Source: a virus
Taxonomy: Duplodnaviria > Caudoviricetes
IMG/VR virus record: IMGVR_UViG_3300021426_000067
Strand: one strand, 5' to 3'
DNA length: 64,000 bases
The notes beneath the pieces were generated by a model, which was not told where the DNA came from, did no database searches, and saw nothing but the letters and a program-made list of their open reading frames with translations. Shown in pieces: positions 34,622 to 46,394 of this stretch. The stretch's first letter is position 1. The number at the start of each line of letters is the position of its first letter. The translations under genes and the position numbers were made by a program.

Positions 34622-35893
34622 ATGGGAAAAATTTATTGTCCGAGATTTTCATCAGATTGGGGTTCTATGATGTTAATAGAGTCTCAAGGTGAATATTTAT
34701 TAATAGATACTTACTATAAAGGAAATACGCATCCAAGAAGTGTGGTTAAATGGATTGTGGGAAATAAAAAAATATCATTATTAGATACGCATGGGCATAA
34801 AGACCATAATGGAGATACGGATGCTTATTTAGATATAGTAAATCATTATTATTGTTCAATTTATGACCCCTATCAAGAGTCAAGTAAAGACAAGGATCGC
34901 CGCGTAGCAATCCTTTCTAAATGTGCGAAGAAAGGCATCCCAGTTACTAAACTTAAAACAGGAAGTAGTTTTGTAATTGGCGGAGCTAAAATAACTTGTT
35001 TATTTGCGGGAAATAAATATTCAAATAATGCTAAGAGTCTTTGTCTATTGATTGAGATGGATGGATGTAGAATATTAAATTGCGGGGACGCGACTGAGTG
35101 GACTCTTAATCAACTGGTCGCGCAAGGATATAATCTGGATAATATCGACATATGGATGTTTAATCATCATGGAGTTAAAGAAAACAATCCCGCATGGTGG
35201 ATTAATAAAATCAAACCTACTATTGCTATTAGTAATTGTAATGGAGAAAATAAAAATACATATAAAGGTTGGGCAAAAGAAACCTACGCAAGATGTGAAA
35301 ATGCGGGAGTCAACTGTTATAGTACGCAATATAACGGTGACTTAATTTTTACATGTATTGGTGGTTTAGTTTTTCCAGAGGTTGAACGTAATGGTCAAGA
35401 ATTAATTAAAGATGGCAGAACAGTAGTAATGAATAAGGCGGCTAAGAAATATTGGCGTGGAAACTTTACTCGTAAAAACAGACTTCCGCGCGATATAGCG
35501 GTTGAAGTTATGTTACAGCAATGGGGTCGCGACCCGCAAAGATCAAGAATGATAATTGAAGGTGGATATAACCCTAAAGAAGTTCAGGCTTATGTTAATG
35601 CTTTTTGTGAAGATGAAAAAGAATTACTTTGGGCTATGGCAGATTATATTTGGCGTGGTTTTGCTGGCTCTGGAGAACAACGTAAAAATATTTTAAGTAG
35701 AACTGGATATTATAATTATTATGCTAAAGTTCAAGATTATGTTCAGCTTATTGATAAAGTTGCTAATGATGTAATTCAAAATTTATATGGATATGGGAAA
35801 GAGAGAGAAGAAGCACTAAGAGCAGCGGGGTATCCGCCTAATATTATCCAAAACCGCGTTAATCAAATATTAGGAAGTTCAGCGAGGTCTTGA
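34622..35893 (+). CDS. Metallo-beta-lactamase-fold hydrolase (ComEC/Pce-like) with C-terminal Cpl-7 (CW_7) repeats
   Basis: THGHKDH, NAKSL, CGDA, NHHG; AVEVMLQQWG and ANDVIQNLYGYGKEREEALRAAGY..IQNRVN repeats. Confidence 0.8.
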   Translation: MGKIYCPRFSSDWGSMMLIESQGEYLLIDTYYKGNTHPRSVVKWIVGNKKISLLDTHGHKDHNGDTDAYLDIVNHYYCSIYDPYQESSKDKDRRVAILSKCAKKGIPVTKLKTGSSFVIGGAKITCLFAGNKYSNNAKSLCLLIEMDGCRILNCGDATEWTLNQLVAQGYNLDNIDIWMFNHHGVKENNPAWWINKIKPTIAISNCNGENKNTYKGWAKETYARCENAGVNCYSTQYNGDLIFTCIGGLVFPEVERNGQELIKDGRTVVMNKAAKKYWRGNFTRKNRLPRDIAVEVMLQQWGRDPQRSRMIIEGGYNPKEVQAYVNAFCEDEKELLWAMADYIWRGFAGSGEQRKNILSRTGYYNYYAKVQDYVQLIDKVANDVIQNLYGYGKEREEALRAAGYPPNIIQNRVNQILGSSARS

Positions 35894-36147
35894 TATGAAA
35901 AAAGAAGAAAAATATTTTATTCCGAGAGGAACCACAGCAAATTATAAATGAGATAATTATTAAGAATTAATAAATATCATAAAGCAAAAATATTTAAAAA
36001 ATTTTTGTCAAAAGTGATTAATTCATTTGCCGCATTTTTTATATATAAATGGAAGGTAAAAGATAATATCTTTTATTTTCTAATATGTGCATATTTGTAA
36101 CTATTAACAAAAATTTTTTCTGGTATACCATAGGAGGTCATAGAGTA

Positions 36148-36612
36148 ATGCCAAATTACACTTATACTTATCCTAACACGAATTTGCAGTCGATTACAGG
36201 GGCGCAGATTCAAAACCCATATGGGAATAATAACATGTTGATGAATTTGCCGTATAATAATGGTAGTAATTATATGGTGCAAGGTAGCAATAGTCCAAAT
36301 CAATTTTTAAAATGTAGACCAGTTTCGTCAAAAGATGAAGCAAGAGCTTATCAAATTGATTTAGATGGTTCCCTTTGGGTTTTTACTGATGTAGGAAATG
36401 GTAAAATTTATACTAAACAAGTGAATAATGATGGAACTGCAACTTTTAAAACTTATGCTTTCACTTAGGATGAAAATCCTTATGCTTCTACTTATGTTAC
36501 AAAAGAAGAGTTTAATAAGGTAATTCAAACTTTAATGGCTACTATTTAGTCTAATGGCTCTCAAGAGTCAATGGGTATGAATAAGTCAAGTGAACCAATA
36601 ATGAATTTTTAA
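36148..36612 (+). CDS. Cassette gene 1, hypothetical (N/Y/Q-rich N-terminus); TAG read-through
   Basis: GGAGG RBS; RPVSSKDEARA, IYTKQ, YVTKEEF; 2 TAG; ends TAA. Confidence 0.75.
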
Positions 36613-36620
36613 GGGGGTAA

Positions 36621-36857
36621 ATGATGAATATTAATCCTTTTCAATTAATTCAAATGATTAAAAGTGGGCAGAATCCACAACAGCTTGTAATGAGTATATT
36701 ACAACAGCAGAGTCAAAAAAATCCTATTTTAAATAATGCTATGAATTTAGCGCAAGGCGGGGATGCGCAGGGGTTGGTAATGTTAGCGCGTAATCTTGCT
36801 GCCCAAAGGGGTTTGGACTTTGATACAGAGTTTGCAAACTTTAAGAAACAATTTTAA
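36621..36857 (+). CDS. Cassette gene 2, small Q/N/M-rich helical protein
   Basis: NPFQLIQMIKSGQNPQQL, ARNL..QRG. Confidence 0.75.
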   Translation: MMNINPFQLIQMIKSGQNPQQLVMSILQQQSQKNPILNNAMNLAQGGDAQGLVMLARNLAAQRGLDFDTEFANFKKQF

Positions 36858-36906
36858 AAAGGAATGGTAGTTTCCTTGGAAAGCACAAAAAGAAGGGGTA
36901 TAAAAT

Positions 36907-37683
36907 ATGTTTAATAATAATAATGGTTATTCGTTAGCAGATATAGCTGCCGCAACTGGAAACAACAATAATAATGGTTTTGGTTTTAATGGTGATGGCG
37001 GTTGGATTCTTCTTTTGTTTATCTTATTACTTGCCGGCGGAGGCTGGGGTAATGGATATGGCGGATTTGGAGGAGGTAACACTGGATATGTTACATCCGA
37101 TATTCAAAGAGGATTTGACCAAAGTGCAGTTATCAACGGGCTAACGGGTATATCTAATGCAGTTAACTCTGGTTTCTCAAACGCAGAAATTTCTCGTTGT
37201 AATTCACAGGCAAATATTCTTCAAACTCTTAATAATAATCAAGGTAACCTTTCTAATCAGCTTAATACTATAGCGATGAATCAGCAACAGTGTTGTTGTG
37301 AAAATCGCGCTGGATTAGCTGATTTAAAATATACAGTAGCAACAGAAGCATGCGCTGATCGTTCTGCGGTTAGTGATGCACTTAAAGATGTAATTGCTTC
37401 TAATACTGCGAATACTCAAGCTATTCTTGATAAATTATGCGAGCAAGAAATTGAGGCTCTTAAATCTCAAAATCAACAGCTTCAGATGCAAAGTTATCTT
37501 GCAAGTCTTGCCGCTTCTCAAAATGCTCAGACTGGTCAGATTTTAAATGACAATGCGGCTCAAACAACTGCATTACTTAGAGCATTAAACCCAACTCCTA
37601 TTCCTGCTTATGTTGTTCCTAATCCAGTAGGATGTAATTGCGGAAATGGGTGTGGATGCGCGAACGCCGCCTTCTATAATTAA
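36907..37683 (+). CDS. Cassette gene 3, Gly-rich/TM + coiled-coil + Cys-rich protein
   Basis: GWILLLFILLLAGGGWG, QRGFD, QQCCCEN, C-terminal PIPAY..CNCGNGCGC. Confidence 0.8.
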   Translation: MFNNNNGYSLADIAAATGNNNNNGFGFNGDGGWILLLFILLLAGGGWGNGYGGFGGGNTGYVTSDIQRGFDQSAVINGLTGISNAVNSGFSNAEISRCNSQANILQTLNNNQGNLSNQLNTIAMNQQQCCCENRAGLADLKYTVATEACADRSAVSDALKDVIASNTANTQAILDKLCEQEIEALKSQNQQLQMQSYLASLAASQNAQTGQILNDNAAQTTALLRALNPTPIPAYVVPNPVGCNCGNGCGCANAAFYN

Positions 37684-37699
37684 TTAAGGAGGATTGCTT

Positions 37700-38155
37700 A
37701 TGTCAAGTTATGTAACAACAGCTGATGCAACAGTAGCATTAAATGGCATAATTCCATTTAACAGTGTTTCTATTCCCTGTAATAAAGGTAACGTCGTTCC
37801 TGTTGTTCCGGGGATTCTTAACTTAAATGGCAATACAACTAATCGCTTTGCAAGATATGCAGTGACTCTTCAAGGAAATATTCAAATTCCTACAGGAGGA
37901 ACTGTCACTCCCATCGCTTTAGGGATTGCTCTTAATGGAGTTGTAATTCCTTAGAGTGTTGCTATTGTGACGCCTGCGGCGGTAGGAGAATATTGGCATG
38001 TTAACACAACTGCCTCTGTAACTGTTCCTTGTGGATGTTGTTTAACTGTATCTGGAGTCTATGCAGATGGTACTGAAGATGATGCAGCAACAACTCCTAC
38101 TCCGTCTATTCAAGTTAGACGCGGAGCTTCATTAGAGGTAAGAAGGACAGCATAA
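37700..38155 (+). CDS. Cassette gene 4, beta-rich protein; TAG read-through
   Basis: Track ORFs 37694 and 37967 are in frame across one TAG; VPCGCC motif. Confidence 0.75.
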
Positions 38156-38165
38156 GGAGGTTAAA

Positions 38166-38699
38166 ATGAGTATAGATAATTTAAAAACTATGAAAGAACA
38201 GCTTATGAGTTGTGTGCAAGGTCAATTAGGAGATTTATCTAAGGTTGATGCTCATGAACTCGGTGAAGCGGTTGACATGATAAAAGATTTATCAGAAGCA
38301 ATTTACTATTGTACAATTACTGAATCGATGGAGAAAAGTGAATAGGATAAAAAAGGAGATACTAATATTAATTATTACACTACTCCTATGGAGAGAAATA
38401 ATGGATATATGTATTATCCTACTGGCGGTAACGGAGGACATTCCAATGGCGTAAATTATTATACTGAGACGGCTGGTTTAATGGGCCGTGACCCGCGTGA
38501 AGGCAGAAGTCCTATGCGCCGCCGCATGTATATGGAAGGCAAATAGATGCACAAAGATACTAATTCGCAACTTCGTGAATTAGAAGCCTATTTACAAGAG
38601 CTATCCACTGATATAACAGAAATGATTAAGGATGCGTCTCCCGAAGAAAGAAATACTTTACGTCAGAAAATGACGACTTTAGCAAGTAAGATTAATTAA
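38166..38699 (+). CDS. Cassette gene 5, helical hypothetical protein; TAG read-through
   Basis: ELGEAVDMIKDL, RDPREGRSPMRRRMYME, ASPEER; 2 TAG; stop overlaps the next ATG. Confidence 0.75.
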
Positions 38700-39013
38700 T
38701 GTTTTTAATTAATAATATTTATTGGAAACTTGCATTTGTATCCCCAGATTTTCCTCTTTTACAGAGGGAATCTGGGGAATATTCCATAGGTGCATGTGAT
38801 AATTTGACAAGAACCATTTATATAAATGAGACGCTAAGAGATAAACTTTTAAAAAAGGTTCTTTGTCACGAAATTACACATGCCGCGATGTTTTCCTATA
38901 ATGTAAGTTTAACTCCTGAGCAAGAGGAGTTAATAGCCGATTTAATATCTACCTATGGAGAATAGATTATATATATAACAAATAAAATTTTTACTAAATT
39001 AGAAAATTTATAA
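38699..39013 (+). CDS. Cassette gene 6, HEXXH zincin-like metallopeptidase; TAG read-through
   Basis: VLCHEITHA with downstream EE; ends TAA at 39013. Confidence 0.7.
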
Positions 39014-39059
39014 GAGTAATCTTATTTTATAAATAAATAGAGAAAATGGAGGAATATTT

Positions 39060-42000
39060 ATGAATAAAGCCTCTGCTTTTAGAATAAAACAGGCGGATGG
39101 AACTTATGGCGATCCTATCGTTTTTGGATTAGACAAAAGTGAAGTTTGGCCAAGTACAAAAGAGATACCAGAAAACGCTGATTTAGACGATTACGTTTTA
39201 CCTGGAACTTATAATTGTTTAACCAATGTAATATCAGCAACTATTTCTAATGTCCCGTTGCCTAAAGCCTTTTCGCTTATTGTTTATAGAACCGGACGCC
39301 TTAATAGTTGTGTGCAATTTCTGTCGGTGTTTTCTAATGGTTTATCAAGTCAGGGTGCGCAAGACGATGCCAATCGCATATTCACAAGAACATATTATCA
39401 TGAAGACGGTTGGTCGCCGTGGACAGAAATAGTAACAAGTTTGGACAGACCTGTTGATTATACATCGGCTGGATGGACGCTTGATACATACGCTGACCAC
39501 TGTTGGCATAAGATGGCTACTTTTAGAAATACCAATAGTACAACAGATCGTCGAGCCGTGTTTCTTGTGACAGATTCTTACTGGTACGGAACTTCTGCAC
39601 CTAATGGAAGACCAGATTTAAAAATTGGTTTGTTACATGTTCATATTCGTAAAACAATTGGAACTTGTGCGTCGACCAGAAGGCTGTCTTTTAATTTAAA
39701 TGCTGGTTACGATCCAAATGATTTTGTTCTGGTATACAATCCAGTTGATGATTCAGACGAATTGTGGACAAGAATTCCAATACGTTATACATTTCGAACT
39801 TTCAATCTTATAGAAACTGGTCTGCATTATGGCGGGAATCGATATTACCAAACAACGGTTAATCCTATTGAAATGTATAGGCGAGTGCGGGATTCTGAGG
39901 GTTATGATTCCTACCCTACTGGCGAAGGTTATGTAGCAATTACAGCCGAAAATGCAGTCATAGAACAACCGTCAAGAGGTATTGTCGATCTTGGAGTTTA
40001 CTATAATAAAACTACTACAAAACGGCTGACTTCAGCCAATAATTTGCCGTGCGGCGATGCTAATTTAAAGTATTTTAATTCTACGTCATCCATGACCGTT
40101 GCAGAAGGTAAACCGATTCATACTAAATCCTTAAGCGCAATGGACGCGCATGTGCTGCATTTGCCATGGGATAATGCCGGCGGGTACGATGCGCAGATTG
40201 CTGTACCGAATAACTTAACAACGTCGGAAGACCCGGACGTTATAAAAACAGTTCAATGGCGCGCTGGAACAGGTCAAAAAACCACACTGGATGACGGAAC
40301 CGTAATTCAAACTGATTGGTCTGATTGGCAGCACGTTGTCGATAGCCAGTTTACATTTGATGGTATTCATCCGAATCATAGGCATGTAAGTCATTATGCA
40401 GTATGTTCTACACCTGCTGCTACTGCGGTAAAAACTGTTGATATTCTTGGCTTTTAGTTGGTTGCTGGCGCGTATGTAATTATTACGTTCACAAATAAAA
40501 ATACTGCTGCAGTTGCAAATTTAAAACTCAATGTGTCAAATACTGGAGATATTCCAATAAAATATCATAATGAAAATTTAGTGGCGACTGGAGATTTAAT
40601 TGCTAATCGTCCATTTATGTTTGTATATGACGGAACAAATTGGCAACTTGGTATTGATATTGATAAAAATACTAATACTAATTATTATGATAGAATGAAA
40701 ACTGCGGGAGCTGTTTATCCTAAAGAAAATATTACTACTACTACTATTATAGTTAATGATGGTACTGGTTATTTTAAATTAAGAGCAGAACCTTTTAATA
40801 TAACTTATCCAATATTAGCTACTGGAGCAGCTTTTACAGCAGGTACTGCAAATGCAAATGCTTATACTGTTTATCATTTTGCTATAAAAAATACTCAAAA
40901 TTTTACAATGACTCAGCATGCTCCAGTATTTATTAAAGGAACCTTAAATGGAGTAATGTTTACTCCAGTAAGTAATACTCCATTAGTACAAACATTACCA
41001 AATACAGAAGACGGTTATCAATATATATATCTTGGATATGCCTATTCAACAGCTAATATACAACTTGTTTAGACGCATCCTATTGTAGAATATGTAAATG
41101 GTGCAATTAGACCGTATCAAGAAAAAAGATATGGAGATAGAATTTTAGCGCGATTACCGGATACAAGTGCTACACCAAATGATGCTGATTATTTAGAAAA
41201 TCTTTTTGCAAAAGGTCGAATTTTATTACAACCAAATGCTCATTATCATCTTAGACGCACAGTTATATTGCCAGAAAATATAGATATTGATATGAATGGC
41301 GCGACTATTGAATATAATGGGCCTGGATGGGATGGACCTGATGAAGATCATTTATCTGATACCTCAAATTATAATTATACAACTGGTTGTGCTTTTCTTA
41401 ACGTAAGAGATGGAGGACATCCTGCCAGCGCATCCGATCCAGATAGAAATATAACAGCTTATAATGGTCGCGGTAATATGCGTTTTTATAATGGAACCTT
41501 TATGAACTGTGCTTTTGGTTTACTTCATGGGCATGATATTTCGTTTGAAGATATAACTTTTACTGAAGTTCATACAAACCATGTATTTCAGATATGTGCA
41601 TGTAAAAATGTAAGTTTTGAACGTTGTACATTTTTCGGTATGGATAAAACAATTGATTATCAATATACGCCTGATGCTTCTAATCCTATTCAAAGTAATA
41701 ATGAAGTTATTAATTTAGATTGTGCTACTGCAAGTGGGCAATTTATAGGAATATGGTTTCTTGAACCTATTGGTTCAACAAATGCAGCGACTTGGGATGA
41801 CTATGCTTGTAGAGAAATAACTGTTAATAACTGTACTTTTCGTCCTAATAATGACAGTATTATGTTTGATGCAATAGGCTATCATGCTAATTTTATGAAG
41901 CCTTTAACTGATGAAGTATCTGGCGCCGCAGATTATAAATATAATTTACATAAAAATATACGAGTAACTAATAATTATTTTTATGGAACAAAAAAGAGTA

Positions 42001-42686
42001 CGGGCTATAATAAATATAGTATAGCATTTTTAATTCGTCATATGATGAATAGCACTTTTGCAAATAATGTATGTGAAAATGTTAGGTCTTTATGTTTAAT
42101 TGATCATGTTCGAAATATTACTATTACTGGAAATGTAGCAACAAATAATGGAGAAAATTATGCGATATGTCAAATAGTTTCGACTTCACATAATTCAACT
42201 CTTCAAGGAGTAGCGAATTTTAAAACATTATCTAAATATTTAAATATTTCTGGTAATCTTGGATTAGACGCTTTAGCTACGCGGATTGATACAGAAGATA
42301 ATATAACAACAATAGCTAATAGAAAAATTTATAAATATGCGGAATGGACACCAAATACTTCAGCTTATCCAAGATTTAATATAGATGGTCAAACAGTTAC
42401 TTTATATGGACGTGTTAAAGCTACCGCGTCAAAAACAATAAGTTCAGAAGAAAGCGTTATGTGTCTTCCTGTTGGTCTTAGACCTACAACAACAGTAGCT
42501 TGGATTCAACGTATTGATACATATGGAGGCAGTCCCGCTAATGCGGCTGTTCTTATTAAAATACTTAAGTCAGGTGAAATGTCTATAAACCCCATTGGAG
42601 GGTCAATAAATGTTATTGCGGGAAGTGACCTTTGGCTTGATGGAACTTATTTAAATGATGGCGCAAGCTATACTTATGGTGGTTAA
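39060..42686 (+). CDS. Tail fibre/spike with pectin-lyase-like beta-helix (possible depolymerase), 1208 aa; TAG read-through
   Basis: Track ORFs 39060, 40458 and 41268 are in frame, split by 2 TAG; ADLDDY..PGTY and WSPW fibre motifs; N.T/F.NN..F beta-helix pattern. Confidence 0.75.
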
Positions 42687-42735
42687 TTTATATAAATAAT
42701 ATTGGTTTTATATTTAAGATAAGGAGCCAGATATA

Positions 42736-43314
42736 ATGGGTAAAAAAAGAGTATTTGCAATTAAAATAAAATACTCCGATGGGACTTTTTCAGATGAAAT
42801 TCCTATTGGATTATTAGAAGAAGATTTAGCGCATGTCGCTATATCTGGTGAATATGAAGATTTATAGAACGCCCCAAAAATAAAACCAGGAGAAGGGGAA
42901 GATAGTATTGTATCTAATGAAGGTTATGCAGCGGAAGGTGATTTTGCACATGCGGAAGGTTATGGTACAATAGCAACAGATGACTATCAACACGTAATGG
43001 GGCGTTATAATAAAATAAATGACGAAACTGATGACCCATTAGTTTTTATTATTGGTAATGGAACAAGTGGGTCAAACACGTTTCGTTCTAATGCGGCTAC
43101 GGTGGACTGGGACGGGAATGGTTGGTTCTCAGGACGAGTTTCCGCAGGCACATAGTAGTTTCCTGCGCCGATTGAAAAAAATAATGATTTAACAACTAAG
43201 CAATATGTTGATGATAAAATCAGTGATATTGAGATTGAAGGCGGCGGAGGAATAAATGTAGAGTTATCTGGGGAGAACTTAATTTTTCTTAATCCTCAGC
43301 ATAGCGAAGATTAA
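42736..43314 (+). CDS. Fibre-associated protein with a short HAEG (YadA-head-like) repeat; TAG read-through
   Basis: FAHAEGYGT, QHVMGRYN, IGNG, RSNA..VDWDGN, DLTTKQYVD. Confidence 0.7.
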
Positions 43315-43333
43315 ATAAAAAGGAGAAAATAAT

Positions 43334-44875
43334 ATGAGTTCTTTTTATGGAAATGGAGGCTACTCCTCAGGTGGCGGAGGAGGTAGCGGTGAGGTAACCT
43401 CAGTCAACGGTAAGAAGGGGCAAGTAACCCTGGACGCCGCCGATGTGCATGCTTTACCAGAAGATACCTTGATTCCTTCTCTTGAGGGGCTTGCTACAGA
43501 AGAATGGGTACAGGAACAGGGATATGCTACAGAAGGGGAAATCCCAACACATATGGTGAATGGTTCTGCAGCTGGTTCGGTGCGTGGTATCAATACAGCG
43601 TCTGAGGATTCGTCCTACACGATGGGTACTTATGCGTTTGCGGAAGGTTATACTACCAAAGCAAGCGGTCTGCGATCACATGCGGAAGGCTTCGAAACTA
43701 CAGCAAGTGGACAGGATTCCCATGCTGAAGGAAGTTCAACAACAGCAAGTGGTAGTAGTTCGCATGCAGAGGGGTCTGGTAATCAAGCAACAAATTACTC
43801 TTCACATGCTGAAGGTGGTTGGACAACAGCAAGCGGAACAGGATCACACGCTGAAGGTATGTCAACAACAGCCAGTGGGATAGCATCACATGCCGAAAAT
43901 ATGTCAACAACAGCAGTAGGTGACTATTCACATGCAGAAGGTAATTCAACGACAGCAAGCGGTCCACAGGCTCATGCGGAAGGTATATCAACGACAGCAA
44001 GTGGGATGGCATCACATGCTGAAGGTGGTGGTACAACAGCACAAGGATATATGCAGCATGTTATGGGTGAATATAATGTTCCGCAGGGGACACAAGACTC
44101 CCACACAAGCAGTGATTATATATTTATCGTTGGAAATGGCACTGCACAAAATCCGTCTAACGCATTTGCTATGAAGTGGGATGGTACTTTTGTTTTTGCC
44201 AATAGCACAGAAATTACTCCTGCTCAATTTGCTTCTTTATATAATATAAATAATAAAATTCCTTTAACAGGGAATGAAACAGAAGGTCAAGTATTAACAA
44301 TAGATGAAAATGGACAACCTAAATGGGATAATACTTCTTTTGTAAAAGTTACAGATGATGGTCAAGGTAATGTATCTATGGAAACTTTATATGGGGTTTT
44401 AATAGATGCAGTACCTACACAAAATAGTAATAATTTGGTTACAAGTGGCGGGGTGTATGCAATGCAATCACCAACAATTGATTTTAGTGTAAGTTCTTTT
44501 ACAAATAATACATCTGTAACTTGTAATATGACTTGGGAACAAATTTATAATACAACTGGGTCTCAAAAAGAAAAAAATATTATTTTACATGATACTTATG
44601 CTTCTTAGAGTTTTTACTGTTATAAAGCTGTTAAAACATCTGGGTTAGGAGGAGTTACTATATCTTTCTATTTTTTAAATGAAGATTTAAATACTCAATA
44701 TGTTGTAAAAACACATAGCAGCGGAAGTATGACATTATTAGTAAATAATCTTTTATCAAATTATGCACTGAAGAGTGAAATTCCTACTGTCACTAATGAT
44801 TTTACAAATGATTATAAAAACAAAGTTGATTCGTTATGGGAAGACTATCAGGATGCCATAACAGCTTTAGGTTAA
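43334..44875 (+). CDS. Tail fibre/adhesin with YadA-head-like SHAEG repeats, 513 aa; TAG read-through
   Basis: VTSVNGKKGQVTL, about 10 repeats of 14 aa; extends past TAG 44606 to TAA 44875. Confidence 0.8.
43635..44060 (+). repeat. Degenerate 42-bp tandem repeat encoding SHAEGxxTTASGxx
   Basis: Repeated catgc.gaagg...acagcaag units. Confidence 0.85.
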
Positions 44876-44888
44876 GGGGGGTGACGTA

Positions 44889-45716
44889 ATGGAAAAAGTA
44901 TTGACTCCCAAAATTGAAGCATTGACCGCATATGCGAACGGAATAACTGGGAAAAATGATACAACCTTATCTGATGCGGTAGCAAGTTTAGCTGATGGAT
45001 ATGGACAAGGTGGACAATCCTATGAAGGGATAGAGGTTGTCACCGATTCGAGTGGAAAGATAACAGACTATATCTTCCACATGGAGACAGTGCCAGATTT
45101 TGTGCTTAACTATCTTGGGTACAACAGGAATGATAGGACGGATGGTATACCGAACATTAAATTTGCTGTAAAACCAAAGCATATTGGCACGTATGCGTTC
45201 AACAAAGCGAAGGTAAAGATGGACTGGTCTAGTCTGTCTGAGATAGAGACAATCGACGGAGAATTCGCACTTTCGTTGTCTTATAGCCAGTATAATGATG
45301 CATCTGCTGATGTCGTAAATCTTCCTAAATTTGTCGGATATACGACAACGAACGTATCTATTTCACTATTCAGAACTGAAAGTGTACACGCACCAAAAGT
45401 ATTCAATCTGCCAGTGTGTGCAGTCATACCGCAGTTCGCATGGTATCAATTTGCTGTGACTGATCTTGATGTGACCATCGGCAGTATTGGTCATGCTGTT
45501 ACAGGCTCAAGAGTACAGCCATTCGGTTCGACTTCCAAGGCAAGCGGAACTGTAACAATCTATACCAAAGGTGATGTTCTTGATACATTGAGAACTGCAG
45601 TACAGCAGTATGCAGGAGCAAATATCTCTTTTATCTACAAGGCGGCTGAAGCCACAACTTATAATGATGTCAATTATCAAGCAGGAGACACAATTCTTAC
45701 AAGTACATCAACATAA
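44889..45716 (+). CDS. Hypothetical fibre-associated protein (weak BspA/LRR-like character)
   Basis: ITGKNDTTLSDAVASL..GYG N-terminus; IGTYAF. Confidence 0.65.
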   Translation: MEKVLTPKIEALTAYANGITGKNDTTLSDAVASLADGYGQGGQSYEGIEVVTDSSGKITDYIFHMETVPDFVLNYLGYNRNDRTDGIPNIKFAVKPKHIGTYAFNKAKVKMDWSSLSEIETIDGEFALSLSYSQYNDASADVVNLPKFVGYTTTNVSISLFRTESVHAPKVFNLPVCAVIPQFAWYQFAVTDLDVTIGSIGHAVTGSRVQPFGSTSKASGTVTIYTKGDVLDTLRTAVQQYAGANISFIYKAAEATTYNDVNYQAGDTILTSTST

Positions 45717-45731
45717 AGGAGGTAAAAAATT

Positions 45732-45962
45732 ATGTTATATCTTATTGTTTTAATCGTCACAAACACAGATAGCACCTACTCTTATTATACTTATGATTTT
45801 CGTAGTTTTGCGACTGCTCTTGTTGCTTATGATCGCAAACAGGCAGAAATTACAGCAGACACAAGTAGAACATTTTATACTATCAAGCTGATGGATGCGA
45901 CAGGCAACATTCTCAAATCCGAAGAGCGTGATCTTACAAACATGAGAGCGCAGGAAGAATAA
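45732..45962 (+). CDS. Small hypothetical protein
   Basis: AAGGAGG RBS, intact ORF. Confidence 0.7.
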   Translation: MLYLIVLIVTNTDSTYSYYTYDFRSFATALVAYDRKQAEITADTSRTFYTIKLMDATGNILKSEERDLTNMRAQEE

Positions 45963-45989
45963 TGGATTATAAAGAAAGGAGTGTCTTAA

Positions 45990-46316
45990 ATGCCAAATGT
46001 AGAAAATAATATTATGAGTACATTTACTATTGGCGGTAAAACGTATCAAGTAGGCAGTGGCGGCAGTTTTATAGTGAGTGCGACTGTAGATGAGGAAGAT
46101 CATGTTGTTTTAAACAACACATGGCAGGAGATTTATGATGCTGCCGCAGCAGGGAAGACTGTTGTCCTGGATACGAGACCATATTTTCAGAATATTACAT
46201 ATCTGATGACTGTTTTGTTTGAAGATCCAAATTACGTTGTTACGTTCTATAATCTATCTGCATACGCGACTGGTCCGAATGACTATCCTACCGTGAGAGG
46301 CGGATCATCAAGATAA
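45990..46316 (+). CDS. Small fibre-associated hypothetical protein
   Basis: AAGGAG RBS; TWQEIYDA..AGK motif, similar to TWEQIYN in 43334-44875. Confidence 0.7.
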   Translation: MPNVENNIMSTFTIGGKTYQVGSGGSFIVSATVDEEDHVVLNNTWQEIYDAAAAGKTVVLDTRPYFQNITYLMTVLFEDPNYVVTFYNLSAYATGPNDYPTVRGGSSR

Positions 46317-46394
46317 GAATTATTATTATATCAGAATTGGTTAAAAATATATTTTAATAATTAAAAATAATATAAAAAAGAGGTTAAATAAATT

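Noticed and set aside
43635-44060. 42-bp periodic repeat as a CRISPR array or DGR template
   Set aside because: Degenerate in-frame coding repeat; no unique spacers, cas genes or reverse transcriptase.
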